Virus record (IMG/VR): IMGVR_UViG_3300002307_000130
Location: 1-35,857 of that record
DNA length: 35,857 bases
Source: a virus
Taxonomy: Duplodnaviria; Caudoviricetes
Strand: one strand, 5' to 3'
Shown here one piece after another: positions 1 to 7,726 of this stretch. Within the stretch, counting starts at the first letter, position 1; the number at the start of each line of letters is the position of its first letter. The translations under genes and the position numbers were made by a program. The notes under the pieces were generated by a model that was not told where the DNA came from, ran no database searches, and saw nothing but the letters and a program-made list of their open reading frames with translations.

Positions 1-1
1 C

Positions 2-544
2 ATCTTCGCCGCGCTTGATGAGCTGGGGTATGACATCCAATGGCAAGTACTCAACAGCAAGAATCACGGAGTCCCGCAGAATCGGGAGCGAATCATCATT
101 GTCGGACATCTTAGAGGAACGCCCCGACCCGAAGTATTTCCTTTCACAGAAAGCGATAGACGGATTGATGAATCACAAACAGAAACACTTGGAAAAAGGG
201 AACGGATTCGGGGCAACATTGCATCAACTTTAGCAGCACGAGACTACAAAGGAGGGGGTAATCTAATTCAATTAAATAATCCTATTCATAGCAACGATAG
301 GGTTTATTCACCAAAAGGAGTGAGTCCAACTCTGAATACTATGCAGGGAGGTAACAGGCAACCGTTCATAGAAGTAACGCCGAGAATCAGAAGACTGACA
401 CCTACAGAATGCGAACGTCTCCAGGGATTTCCCGACGGATGGACAGCTGGCGTATCTGACAGTCAACGCTACAAGTGCCTAGGAAACGCCGTTACGGTAA
501 ACGTCATTCGAGACGTTATTGAAAGAATCATCAAAAATCTATGA
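2..544 (+). CDS. C5 cytosine DNA methyltransferase, C-terminal part (5' end outside window)
   Basis: Frame 2 is open from base 2: LGYDIQWQVLNSKNHGVPQNRERIIIVG (motifs VII-VIII), RRLTPTECERLQGFPD (IX), RYKCLGNAV (X). The track ORF 320..544 is only its tail. Confidence 0.92.
   Translation: MFAALDELGYDIQWQVLNSKNHGVPQNRERIIIVGHLRGTPRPEVFPFTESDRRIDESQTETLGKRERIRGNIASTLAARDYKGGGNLIQLNNPIHSNDRVYSPKGVSPTLNTMQGGNRQPFIEVTPRIRRLTPTECERLQGFPDGWTAGVSDSQRYKCLGNAVTVNVIRDVIERIIKNL
15..233 (+). CDS. Overlapping alternative-frame ORF, resembling the M.EcoHK31I beta-type MTase polypeptide
   Basis: SLSDILEERPDPKYFLSQKAIDGL in the +1 frame inside the MTase gene. Confidence 0.55.
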   Translation: MMSWGMTSNGKYSTARITESRRIGSESSLSDILEERPDPKYFLSQKAIDGLMNHKQKHLEKGNGFGATLHQL

Positions 545-879
545 CAACCACACCATCGCAACCGAATAGGGAGGAATGGGATAAAAGACTTAACGAAACA
601 CAGATAGAACGACACATTTCTGGTCGTCATCTTATTTTGTTAAGTGAAAGAGAAGACTTTGAAGATGAGAACGATTGGATGTTTCTTGATGACTTTATTG
701 AGCATATGAGAGTCCAGGCACTCGCGGAACAGAGGGACAGATTTGCTGAAATTGTAAGAGAAAAAATCAACAATCAGATGTGCGAACCTGTAAGCAAGAT
801 TGATATGGAGATAAACGAAATGCTAGAGGAACTTAAGAGCGAAATAATCATTGCCAGCATAACCGAACCAAATGTATGA
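541..879 (+). CDS. Hypothetical accessory protein
   Basis: 112-aa ORF with ATGA coupling to the MTase; shares two DNA blocks with ORF 34872..35261. Confidence 0.75.
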   Translation: MTTTPSQPNREEWDKRLNETQIERHISGRHLILLSEREDFEDENDWMFLDDFIEHMRVQALAEQRDRFAEIVREKINNQMCEPVSKIDMEINEMLEELKSEIIIASITEPNV

Positions 880-963
880 AAACGATTAAGGAAAGCTGGA
901 AGAGCGACAAGGGCAACCGCGACGGCTTAGGGTATTAACAACTAACACAATGAAAGGTGTATC

Positions 964-985
964 GAGAGGTCGTGGGTTCGAATCC
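964..985 (+). pseudogene. tRNA fragment (variable loop plus T-arm)
   Basis: GAGAGGTCGTGGGTTCGAATCC matches the tRNA V-loop/T-arm consensus; the rest of the cloverleaf is absent. Confidence 0.5.
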
Positions 986-1003
986 GAATAGTATAGTTTT
1001 TTC

Positions 1004-1033
1004 TTGCATAAACTTTATTTTATATGCTATAAT
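1004..1033 (+). promoter_or_regulatory. sigma70-type promoter heading the late/packaging region
   Basis: TTGCAT-18 nt-TATAAT with extended -10 TG. Confidence 0.7.
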
Positions 1034-1133
1034 AATAAAGCTTTTGTGTTGCTTAGCTCCCACATAATCAACTCACAAAAGCTGTTTGTGTTGGGTCTAA
1101 GCTAAAAGCATTTATTAAATAAATTGTAAAAAT

Positions 1134-1619
1134 ATGTTAAAAGTAAAATCATTTAAACTTGATGAAGATGTTGCATTCAATAAATTTGTTGCTGAGCATA
1201 CACCATCAGAAAAAGGTCTTATTATCAATGAAAGTGGTATGGTAGTACTTTATCCAGATCCTACAGAAGATGTACTTACTACTGGAGAGGTAATTGTGAA
1301 TATCAATGACCAAATTCGAAACCACAAGAAAAGAATTGTGGAGTACAAAAAAACTAAGATTTTGGCACAATTAACCCTTAAAAAGGCAAAAGAACGACTT
1401 ATTGAGCTTGAAAAAGAACGTGAGGAATTAAGTTATGAAGATAAAGCAGAAAATAGTAAACGTATCAAAACATGTGAAGAAATTATTGGTGGTGCTAACC
1501 AAAATATTCTTACATCAGATGCTGCAATTGAAGAAGAACTAAAAAATATCGAAGCATCAGAAATCCTTATTAAAGAATATCTTGCAGAGGAAAGACATAC
1601 AAATGCAAAAGTGAAATAA
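1134..1619 (+). CDS. Hypothetical coiled-coil protein
   Basis: 161-aa ORF, K/E-rich heptad-like C-terminal half. Confidence 0.8.
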   Translation: MLKVKSFKLDEDVAFNKFVAEHTPSEKGLIINESGMVVLYPDPTEDVLTTGEVIVNINDQIRNHKKRIVEYKKTKILAQLTLKKAKERLIELEKEREELSYEDKAENSKRIKTCEEIIGGANQNILTSDAAIEEELKNIEASEILIKEYLAEERHTNAKVK

Positions 1620-1621
1620 TA

Positions 1622-1832
1622 TTTTCTGGCGTGGTGTAAGAGTAAAACACTAGCTTAACAAATGAAGCGATGGATCTAAACAATCAAAAGACTTTAGGGG
1701 GTTTCATGAATAATCCCATTCAATCCAAAAAAGTATAAGGTGGCATATCGGCAGGAAAGCTGGGGAAACCCATAAGACTTAAAAGAGAAGCGACTCTCTC
1801 GAAACCGAAAAAGATTCCTTATCGCCGGAAAA
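1622..1832 (+). ncRNA. Structured tRNA-like RNA (~210 nt) with expanded arms
   Basis: Closing stem TTTTCTGGCG/CGCCGGAAAA, D-like arm GTGT/ACAC, T-like stem ATAAGG/CCTTAT, internal TGGG-GAAA-CCCA hairpin. Confidence 0.6.
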
Positions 1833-1834
1833 TT

Positions 1835-1906
1835 GAGTAAATAGTTTAATCGGTAAAACGTTAGCTTTAAAAGTTAAAATTTAAGGTTCAATTCCTTGTT
1901 TACTCA
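1835..1906 (+). tRNA. tRNA with anticodon TAA (Leu), short variable loop, no encoded CCA
   Basis: Acceptor GAGTAAA/TTTACTC, D arm GTTT/AAAC, anticodon stem TTAGC/GTTAA with loop TTTAAAA, T arm TAAGG-TTCAATT-CCTTG, discriminator A. Confidence 0.75.
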
Positions 1907-1942
1907 AACTGCAAGAACATAATCCCTCTTGCATATAAAAAT

Positions 1943-2185
1943 ATGATCGAAATCACACTGAACTCTCTAAAAGAGATCAAAAATCAGGTTGAATCAGCAA
2001 TTGCTTCTATTGAAAACTTTATTGCTCAAAGTAATGAAATTGCTCCATCAGTAGCAGTTGAGGCACCTGTTTCTACATCAATTGATAATGTTGATGTAGA
2101 AACACCTACAGAAGCAACTACTGATACTCTTAATGCAGAAGCAGTAGTTCCTGCAACTGACCCATTTAACGGAGCAACATCTTAG
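1943..2185 (+). CDS. Hypothetical acidic protein
   Basis: 80-aa ORF, N-terminal amphipathic helix and low-complexity acidic tail. Confidence 0.7.
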   Translation: MIEITLNSLKEIKNQVESAIASIENFIAQSNEIAPSVAVEAPVSTSIDNVDVETPTEATTDTLNAEAVVPATDPFNGATS

Positions 2186-2193
2186 TGTTATAA

Positions 2194-2398
2194 TTTTCTA
2201 GGGTTAAAACCCGAGAAAAAAACGCTAGGATATTAGGCAGGTCTCACATCAAACCCTTGTGTTTGGTGGACATTATAGAAATCACTTATATCTATTGTGT
2301 CCACTCAACATAATGGCTTTCAAGTACAGAAAAGCTGAACACGTTGGAATGTCGAAACTCCAACCTATGCGATAACAGCTTTGCTGTACTAGGTAGCG
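2194..2398 (+). ncRNA. Putative structured RNA or TerS leader
   Basis: Nested stems GTGGACA/TGTCCAC, AGTACAG/CTGTACT, AAAGCTG/CAGCTTT, GTTGGA/TCCAAC, closed by CGCTA/TAGCG. Confidence 0.5.
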
Positions 2399-2413
2399 AT
2401 TAACATAAACTAT

Positions 2414-2980
2414 ATGGCAACAAAGAAAAAAATTGCAACTAAAAAAAGAGTTGGCGCCAAAACGAACACTTATGGTGCCAACCAGTATCTATACGACCCA
2501 AGACAAGAACTCTTCTGGGGATATTACACTAACCCAAACAGTGAAACTTTTAGTAATGCTTATCAATCAGCTGTTAGAGCTAAGTATGAGAACAATAGTG
2601 CTACACAGATAACAAAAACTGAATGGTTCAATGAAAGACTACGTAGAATGAACCTTTTCCAGAAAGCAGAGAAAGTTCTAGAAGAAACTATTGAAATGGA
2701 AACCTTTACACCAGTGATCGGACAGTACGGTCCAGTTTATGTTGAAGGTGATGAAATTGATGCAAATGGAATAAGAAGTAAAAAGCTATTGTTTGGACAA
2801 AATGATAAACTACTAAAAATAAAACAAGACTCTGCAAAATTTGTTGCAGAACGATTAGGGAAGAAACGAGGATACTCTACAAGAACAGAAGTAACAGGTG
2901 AAGATGGAAAACCTTTACCAACACCTATTTATGGTGGAATAAACACTATTCATGGAGCAGAACCTACAGATAGTAAATAA
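2414..2980 (+). CDS. terS: Terminase small subunit
   Basis: Directly upstream of TerL; RQELF..YY..NAYQSAVRAKY HTH-like N-terminus and EVTGEDGKPL C-terminal motif. Confidence 0.8.
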   Translation: MATKKKIATKKRVGAKTNTYGANQYLYDPRQELFWGYYTNPNSETFSNAYQSAVRAKYENNSATQITKTEWFNERLRRMNLFQKAEKVLEETIEMETFTPVIGQYGPVYVEGDEIDANGIRSKKLLFGQNDKLLKIKQDSAKFVAERLGKKRGYSTRTEVTGEDGKPLPTPIYGGINTIHGAEPTDSK

Positions 2981-4328
2981 TACACCTTTTCATTTTCAAG
3001 ATATTACTTCTTTGAAGAAGATTTTTGCTTTAAAAAAAAGAATAAGAGCTGTTAAAGGTGGTACGTCTGCATCAAAGACAATTTCAATTCTCACTTGGTT
3101 TATTAATTATAATCAAGTTAAATACCAAAGACCAAAAATTAGTACTATTGTATCTGAGTCATTTCCACACTTGAACTTGGGTGCAATTCGAGATTTTAAA
3201 GCAATTATGATTGATCGTGGGTATTGGGACGAAAATCTTTGGAATGATGGAAAACATACATACACTTTTGAGACTGGAAATGTTCTTGAGTTTATGTCCA
3301 TGGATAGTTACGGAAAAGCTCATGGGCCAAGACGAGATCTTTTGTTTTTAAATGAATGTAATAATCTTTCATGGGAAATAGTTGATCAGCTTATAATTCG
3401 TACTCGTGAAATAATTTGGATGGACTGGAACCCAAGTGAACAGTTTTGGTTTCATGAGCAAATAGAACCTTTTCGAGATGACTACGATTATATAACCTTA
3501 AATTACTTAGATAACGAGGCACTTGATGAAATAACTATTAGAGAAATTGAGTCACACAAACATAATCTAAGATGGTGGAAAGTCTATGGTTTAGGAGAAG
3601 ATGGAGAATTACAACACAAAGTTTATAGTAATTGGAAAATCTTGGAAGAATTACCACATGAAGCAAGATTGATTTCTTATGGTCTTGATTATGGTTATAC
3701 CAATGATCCTACAGCGATTGTAGCTGTTTACTATTTGAACAACGCATTTATTTTTGATGAAATAGCATATACAAAAGGTTTAAGTAACAAAAAAATATCT
3801 GAAATACTTTTATCTCAAAATCCATCGCCAGTTATTCCTGATTCAGCAGAGCCTAAATCAAATGATGAGTTGCGTAGTTATGGACTAACAGTAATTCCTG
3901 CAACAAAAGGAAAAGGATCTGTTATGCAAGGTATTCAATTCGTACAAGATAAGGCTTGCTATATTACTAGTAGGTCTGTTAATATAATTAAAGAGTATAG
4001 AAATTACAGTTGGAAAGTTGACGATAAAACTGGTCTTGTAATTAATGAGCCGCAACATGAATTTTCACATGCAATGGATGCAATCCGTTATGGAATGCAA
4101 ATTAAAGATGTTCCAAGTCAAGTAGATAATTATGTAACACCAGTACCCTGGCAACCACCTGGATATGGTAAAAGTAATATTCCAAGTCAGTCAATTTCTC
4201 AGAATACACCGAGACTCTTAAAAGACCGAGTACATTTAGGAGATAAGTTAGAAGAATTTGAAAATTATCAAAGTCCACACCCTTGGGAACCAGCAGGAAT
4301 GGGAACATGGTGGAAACCAGAAAATTAA
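2952..4328 (+). CDS. terL: Terminase large subunit (PBSX-type)
   Basis: Walker A GGTSASKT, Walker B LFLNE, coupling motif DWNP, nuclease motifs GLDYGYTNDP, DSAEPKS and HAMDAIRY. Confidence 0.95.
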   Translation: MEQNLQIVNNTPFHFQDITSLKKIFALKKRIRAVKGGTSASKTISILTWFINYNQVKYQRPKISTIVSESFPHLNLGAIRDFKAIMIDRGYWDENLWNDGKHTYTFETGNVLEFMSMDSYGKAHGPRRDLLFLNECNNLSWEIVDQLIIRTREIIWMDWNPSEQFWFHEQIEPFRDDYDYITLNYLDNEALDEITIREIESHKHNLRWWKVYGLGEDGELQHKVYSNWKILEELPHEARLISYGLDYGYTNDPTAIVAVYYLNNAFIFDEIAYTKGLSNKKISEILLSQNPSPVIPDSAEPKSNDELRSYGLTVIPATKGKGSVMQGIQFVQDKACYITSRSVNIIKEYRNYSWKVDDKTGLVINEPQHEFSHAMDAIRYGMQIKDVPSQVDNYVTPVPWQPPGYGKSNIPSQSISQNTPRLLKDRVHLGDKLEEFENYQSPHPWEPAGMGTWWKPEN

Positions 4329-4340
4329 TTATATAAACAT

Positions 4341-6365
4341 ATGGCAACACTCACTGATGAACAAATAATTGCAAAAGGAATGTCTATTCCATCAAAGCCT
4401 GATCTTGAGGGAGATCAAAAAAAAGACCATATCACTCAGATATGTTTTGATTTGTTGATGGCTTCGCAAACATACAAACAACCAAGAATGAATACTTTGA
4501 TTATGTATGAAGCAATGTATAGAAATGCGATTCCTCCAAAGTTTCGACAAATGTTTAATGTTCCTTTGCCAGTATTTTCAGGAATGATTGATACATTGCT
4601 TGCAGACTTTAATGATCAAATTCAAATTAGATACAACTCTCTCAATCCTGCACAGGACCTCGTAGTACCTAAAATTCAGGCCCATTGGGAAGCAGAACGA
4701 GATAGTTTAAATCCTAACGCTAACTGGAACTATAAGGCTCGTACAGACCGTTATAATGCCACTATTTCAGGTCGTGGTATTCTTAAAAACTTTGCTACAA
4801 GCGAACCTAAATATGAAAACTATCTAGAAGTTGTAAACTATAGTGATTTTCATTCCCAACCATATGGTGGAGGACAACTTGAAAGTCATTTATTTGCAGG
4901 GCAAGAAGGAATATTTAAAACATTATCTGATTTGAAGTCTCCTCATTACGAATCAAAACAAGTAGCTAAATTATCTAACTTTTCTTATTCAGATAAATTT
5001 TCACAAGATTTAAATAATACATATGGTGATAGATTAGTTCGTTTTAAATCTTTGAATCTTGATGTTGATACAAATTCGGTAACAGGTTCAAAAACATATA
5101 ATCTTTGCGAATTTATTGTTACTTACGAAGATGGCGAGCGGTGGTACTGTCTATTTGAGCCTTGTTCTCGTATTTGGTTACGATGTTGTCCTTGGAAAGA
5201 AATCTGTCCATCAGGAAGATTACCTTGGGTATCATGGGCGACTCATGAAGACCATAAAAACTTTTGGTCAAAATCTTATGCTGATGACTTGTACCACCCT
5301 GCTGATGCTATTATCACGATGTACAATCAAGAACTTACTAATCGTGAAAAAAAGAACTTCAATGCACGTGCATATGACAGAGCAATGTTTCCGGATGTAG
5401 GTAAGCTTGATCAGGCACAATACCGAATGGATGCACTTGTTCCTGTAAATACAGGAGGAATACGAAAAATTGCTGATGGTATCTATGAGTTCCAAACTGC
5501 CGAACTCAAAGGTACTGTTGATTTGATTAACTTCACAATTAGTATTGTTCAAAGTTTTGTTGGAGTCAATCCATTATCTATGGGTGCACCAGCAGAACAC
5601 GCTAAACCGTCCGTAGTTGTGTCTCAACAGCAACAAATGGCAAAACGTATCGGATACCGATCTGATTCGTTTAAAGAGGCATATTCTCGCCTAGGAATGC
5701 TTTATCTAGAAGGACTCAAAGAATATATGCCATCATCTGTTTCAGTTAGAGTTCTTGGTGAAAACGGATTTATTGATAATGCAGAGTTGAGACGCATTGA
5801 ACTTAAAGACCTTGGAGACATTGGAATCTCAGTAACATCAAGTTCTGAACAAGAAAACATTGATAATATGAAAAGAGATAGTAGGGTAAAGGCGATTGAT
5901 ATGGTTGCTAAAAATCCAAATCTCACAGACTTGGAAAAAGAAACAATCTATCGTGATGTAGGACAATTCGATGAGGCAGATATTCAGTTATTGCTAAGTT
6001 CTAAATCTTACACCTCACGAAAACAAATCGCTCAAGCTTCAAAAGCAATCCAACAAATCCTAAATGGTAAAGAACCATCAATTTATCATGGTGCCGATAT
6101 GTCATACTTGGACTACATGATGAATTTCATAACAGACAATGAAGACAAAATAAAACAAAAGGAAAAAAAGTTTGAAGATTTGATTACTAAAATAGGGCCT
6201 ATTGTTAATCAAAATATGATGTTAATTGCCAAAAAAGAAGGTATTAATAAAATTCAAGATCAACAAGGTTCTCAACAACCACAAAATCAACCTCAGCCTC
6301 AAACTCAACAAGCGTCTCCTTCTCCTGTATCAATGGCACAAAAACAAGGTCAGATTAATCAATAG
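4341..6365 (+). CDS. Portal protein (P22-like size)
   Basis: 674 aa immediately after TerL, Q/P-rich C-terminal tail; positional call. Confidence 0.8.
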   Translation: MATLTDEQIIAKGMSIPSKPDLEGDQKKDHITQICFDLLMASQTYKQPRMNTLIMYEAMYRNAIPPKFRQMFNVPLPVFSGMIDTLLADFNDQIQIRYNSLNPAQDLVVPKIQAHWEAERDSLNPNANWNYKARTDRYNATISGRGILKNFATSEPKYENYLEVVNYSDFHSQPYGGGQLESHLFAGQEGIFKTLSDLKSPHYESKQVAKLSNFSYSDKFSQDLNNTYGDRLVRFKSLNLDVDTNSVTGSKTYNLCEFIVTYEDGERWYCLFEPCSRIWLRCCPWKEICPSGRLPWVSWATHEDHKNFWSKSYADDLYHPADAIITMYNQELTNREKKNFNARAYDRAMFPDVGKLDQAQYRMDALVPVNTGGIRKIADGIYEFQTAELKGTVDLINFTISIVQSFVGVNPLSMGAPAEHAKPSVVVSQQQQMAKRIGYRSDSFKEAYSRLGMLYLEGLKEYMPSSVSVRVLGENGFIDNAELRRIELKDLGDIGISVTSSSEQENIDNMKRDSRVKAIDMVAKNPNLTDLEKETIYRDVGQFDEADIQLLLSSKSYTSRKQIAQASKAIQQILNGKEPSIYHGADMSYLDYMMNFITDNEDKIKQKEKKFEDLITKIGPIVNQNMMLIAKKEGINKIQDQQGSQQPQNQPQPQTQQASPSPVSMAQKQGQINQ

Positions 6366-6367
6366 TT

Positions 6368-6739
6368 ATGAATCCAAAAATTAGAAAACATATTGATGAC
6401 TTGAAAACAAGATATGCTCAGTTTCCTGATCATCTAAAAGAAGAAATTCAATGGCTTGAAGAAGTAGAAAGAAAATATTCTAACACTCCTCTTCTTGCTA
6501 GTTATCGTGAACATGAAATATCACAAAAACTTTTAAAATCTGCAATGTCTCGTTATTCAATTGCATTTGATAGAGTTATTAATGATGAGTTTATGTCACA
6601 AGCGGAAAGAACAGCATGTTTTGCTTGTATGGAATGGGCAAAATGGTATATTGATATAGTAAGTGAAGACCCGGAAGAAGATTTGCAAAAACTCGATCAG
6701 CAAATTATTGATATTGCAAAAAGAAATGGATTAGAATAA
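6368..6739 (+). CDS. Hypothetical protein
   Basis: 123-aa helical ORF after the portal gene. Confidence 0.8.
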   Translation: MNPKIRKHIDDLKTRYAQFPDHLKEEIQWLEEVERKYSNTPLLASYREHEISQKLLKSAMSRYSIAFDRVINDEFMSQAERTACFACMEWAKWYIDIVSEDPEEDLQKLDQQIIDIAKRNGLE

Positions 6740-6743
6740 TTAC

Positions 6744-6787
6744 TTATCCACAACTTCATTGTAATAAATTAAAAGCTAGCTTATACT
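6744..6787 (+). promoter_or_regulatory. DnaA box plus sigma70 promoter
   Basis: TTATCCACA at 6744-6752, then TTGTAA-17 nt-TATACT. Confidence 0.6.
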
Positions 6788-6795
6788 AAATTTAT

Positions 6796-6948
6796 ATGGA
6801 AAAACCAAAGTCATACAAACCTATGAAAAGTAAGAGTGATTATCCATCAGTAAGTGCAAATCAAGGAACTTCTGAGTGGGGATATATTTCAGAAGGTGCT
6901 GGGGTCGAAAAAGATACTGTTGTATCAAGTATTAATAAGTCCAAATAA
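6796..6948 (+). CDS. Small hypothetical protein (50 aa)
   Basis: MEKPKSYKPMKSK...NKSK; ATG 8 nt after the -10 box; not in the ORF track. Confidence 0.55.
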   Translation: MEKPKSYKPMKSKSDYPSVSANQGTSEWGYISEGAGVEKDTVVSSINKSK

Positions 6949-6952
6949 CTCT

Positions 6953-7081
6953 ATGAAATCTAAGCACGAGAAAAAATTTAAATCTGAACCAGGAAAACGA
7001 GATAGTAAAAAGTTACTAGCTCGCGTAAAACCTAGTAAAGGAAATAAACAGATCGGGCAAGGTAGAGCATATGAAGCATAA
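6953..7081 (+). CDS. Small basic protein (42 aa)
   Basis: MKSKHEKK...RVKPSKGNKQIGQGRAYEA; paralogous to the next ORF. Confidence 0.65.
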   Translation: MKSKHEKKFKSEPGKRDSKKLLARVKPSKGNKQIGQGRAYEA

Positions 7082-7084
7082 TCT

Positions 7085-7186
7085 ATGAAAAATAAAAAAA
7101 TGCTACAAAGAGTTAAACCTGCACAAGGAAATAAAGAAATTCCAAAAGGAAGAGCATTTACTAACAAAAAGAAGTTTATTAAATAA
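7085..7186 (+). CDS. Small basic protein (33 aa)
   Basis: MKNKKMLQRVKPAQGNKEIPKGRAFTNKKKFIK; not in the ORF track. Confidence 0.6.
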   Translation: MKNKKMLQRVKPAQGNKEIPKGRAFTNKKKFIK

Positions 7187-7196
7187 TCATTAAATT

Positions 7197-7601
7197 ATGA
7201 CAAAATCTCAAATCGTTGAAAAACTAAATCTTGCAGGAGTAGAATTTGACTCATCACTTACAGGAAAAGCACTTGTTGCACAGTTTCCCGAAGTGTTTCA
7301 AGACGAACTTGATGCTTCAACAGAAGAAGAAGACGTAACAGTATCTGTAAAATCTTCACCTACTAACTCGGTTCATTTTAAAATTAGAAATATTACTGCA
7401 AAAGGAGGATATTCTGTAAGAACATTTTCACGTGAAACACATGGTGAAAACTTCAAAGAACAGGCTGATGAATTTGAAAAAGCAAATACGCATATTAAAG
7501 TGCAAAACTCTGATTCAAAAACAAATGCAGAAGAAGTAAAGAAAGTCTCCGACTTCAACCGTCAGATTCCTCAATGCATTCTTGATCGAAAAGACGAATA
7601 G
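7197..7601 (+). CDS. Hypothetical protein (head module)
   Basis: 134-aa ORF upstream of the scaffold gene. Confidence 0.8.
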   Translation: MTKSQIVEKLNLAGVEFDSSLTGKALVAQFPEVFQDELDASTEEEDVTVSVKSSPTNSVHFKIRNITAKGGYSVRTFSRETHGENFKEQADEFEKANTHIKVQNSDSKTNAEEVKKVSDFNRQIPQCILDRKDE

Positions 7602-7726
7602 CATGGTAGAGCAATTAAAATTAGTTTTGATTGCTCACTCGATGTCATTCGGACATCAAATGTCGGTTCCCAGCCGAAGCATAAATAACGGGAAGTGGTA
7701 TGCGCCACTATAAAAAATGTTTAATT

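Noticed and set aside
320-544. Stand-alone 74-aa ORF or split MTase pseudogene
   Set aside because: The same frame is open from base 2; it is simply the C-terminus of the MTase.
1861-1877. Ochre suppressor tRNA or alternative genetic code
   Set aside because: The register giving a TTA anticodon breaks the stem. Genes are intact in code 11 and end in TAA, TAG and TGA.
6854-6952. Track's GTG-start extension of the 6854..7081 ORF
   Set aside because: It overlaps the better-placed 6796..6948 ORF; ATG 6953 fits the local spacing pattern.
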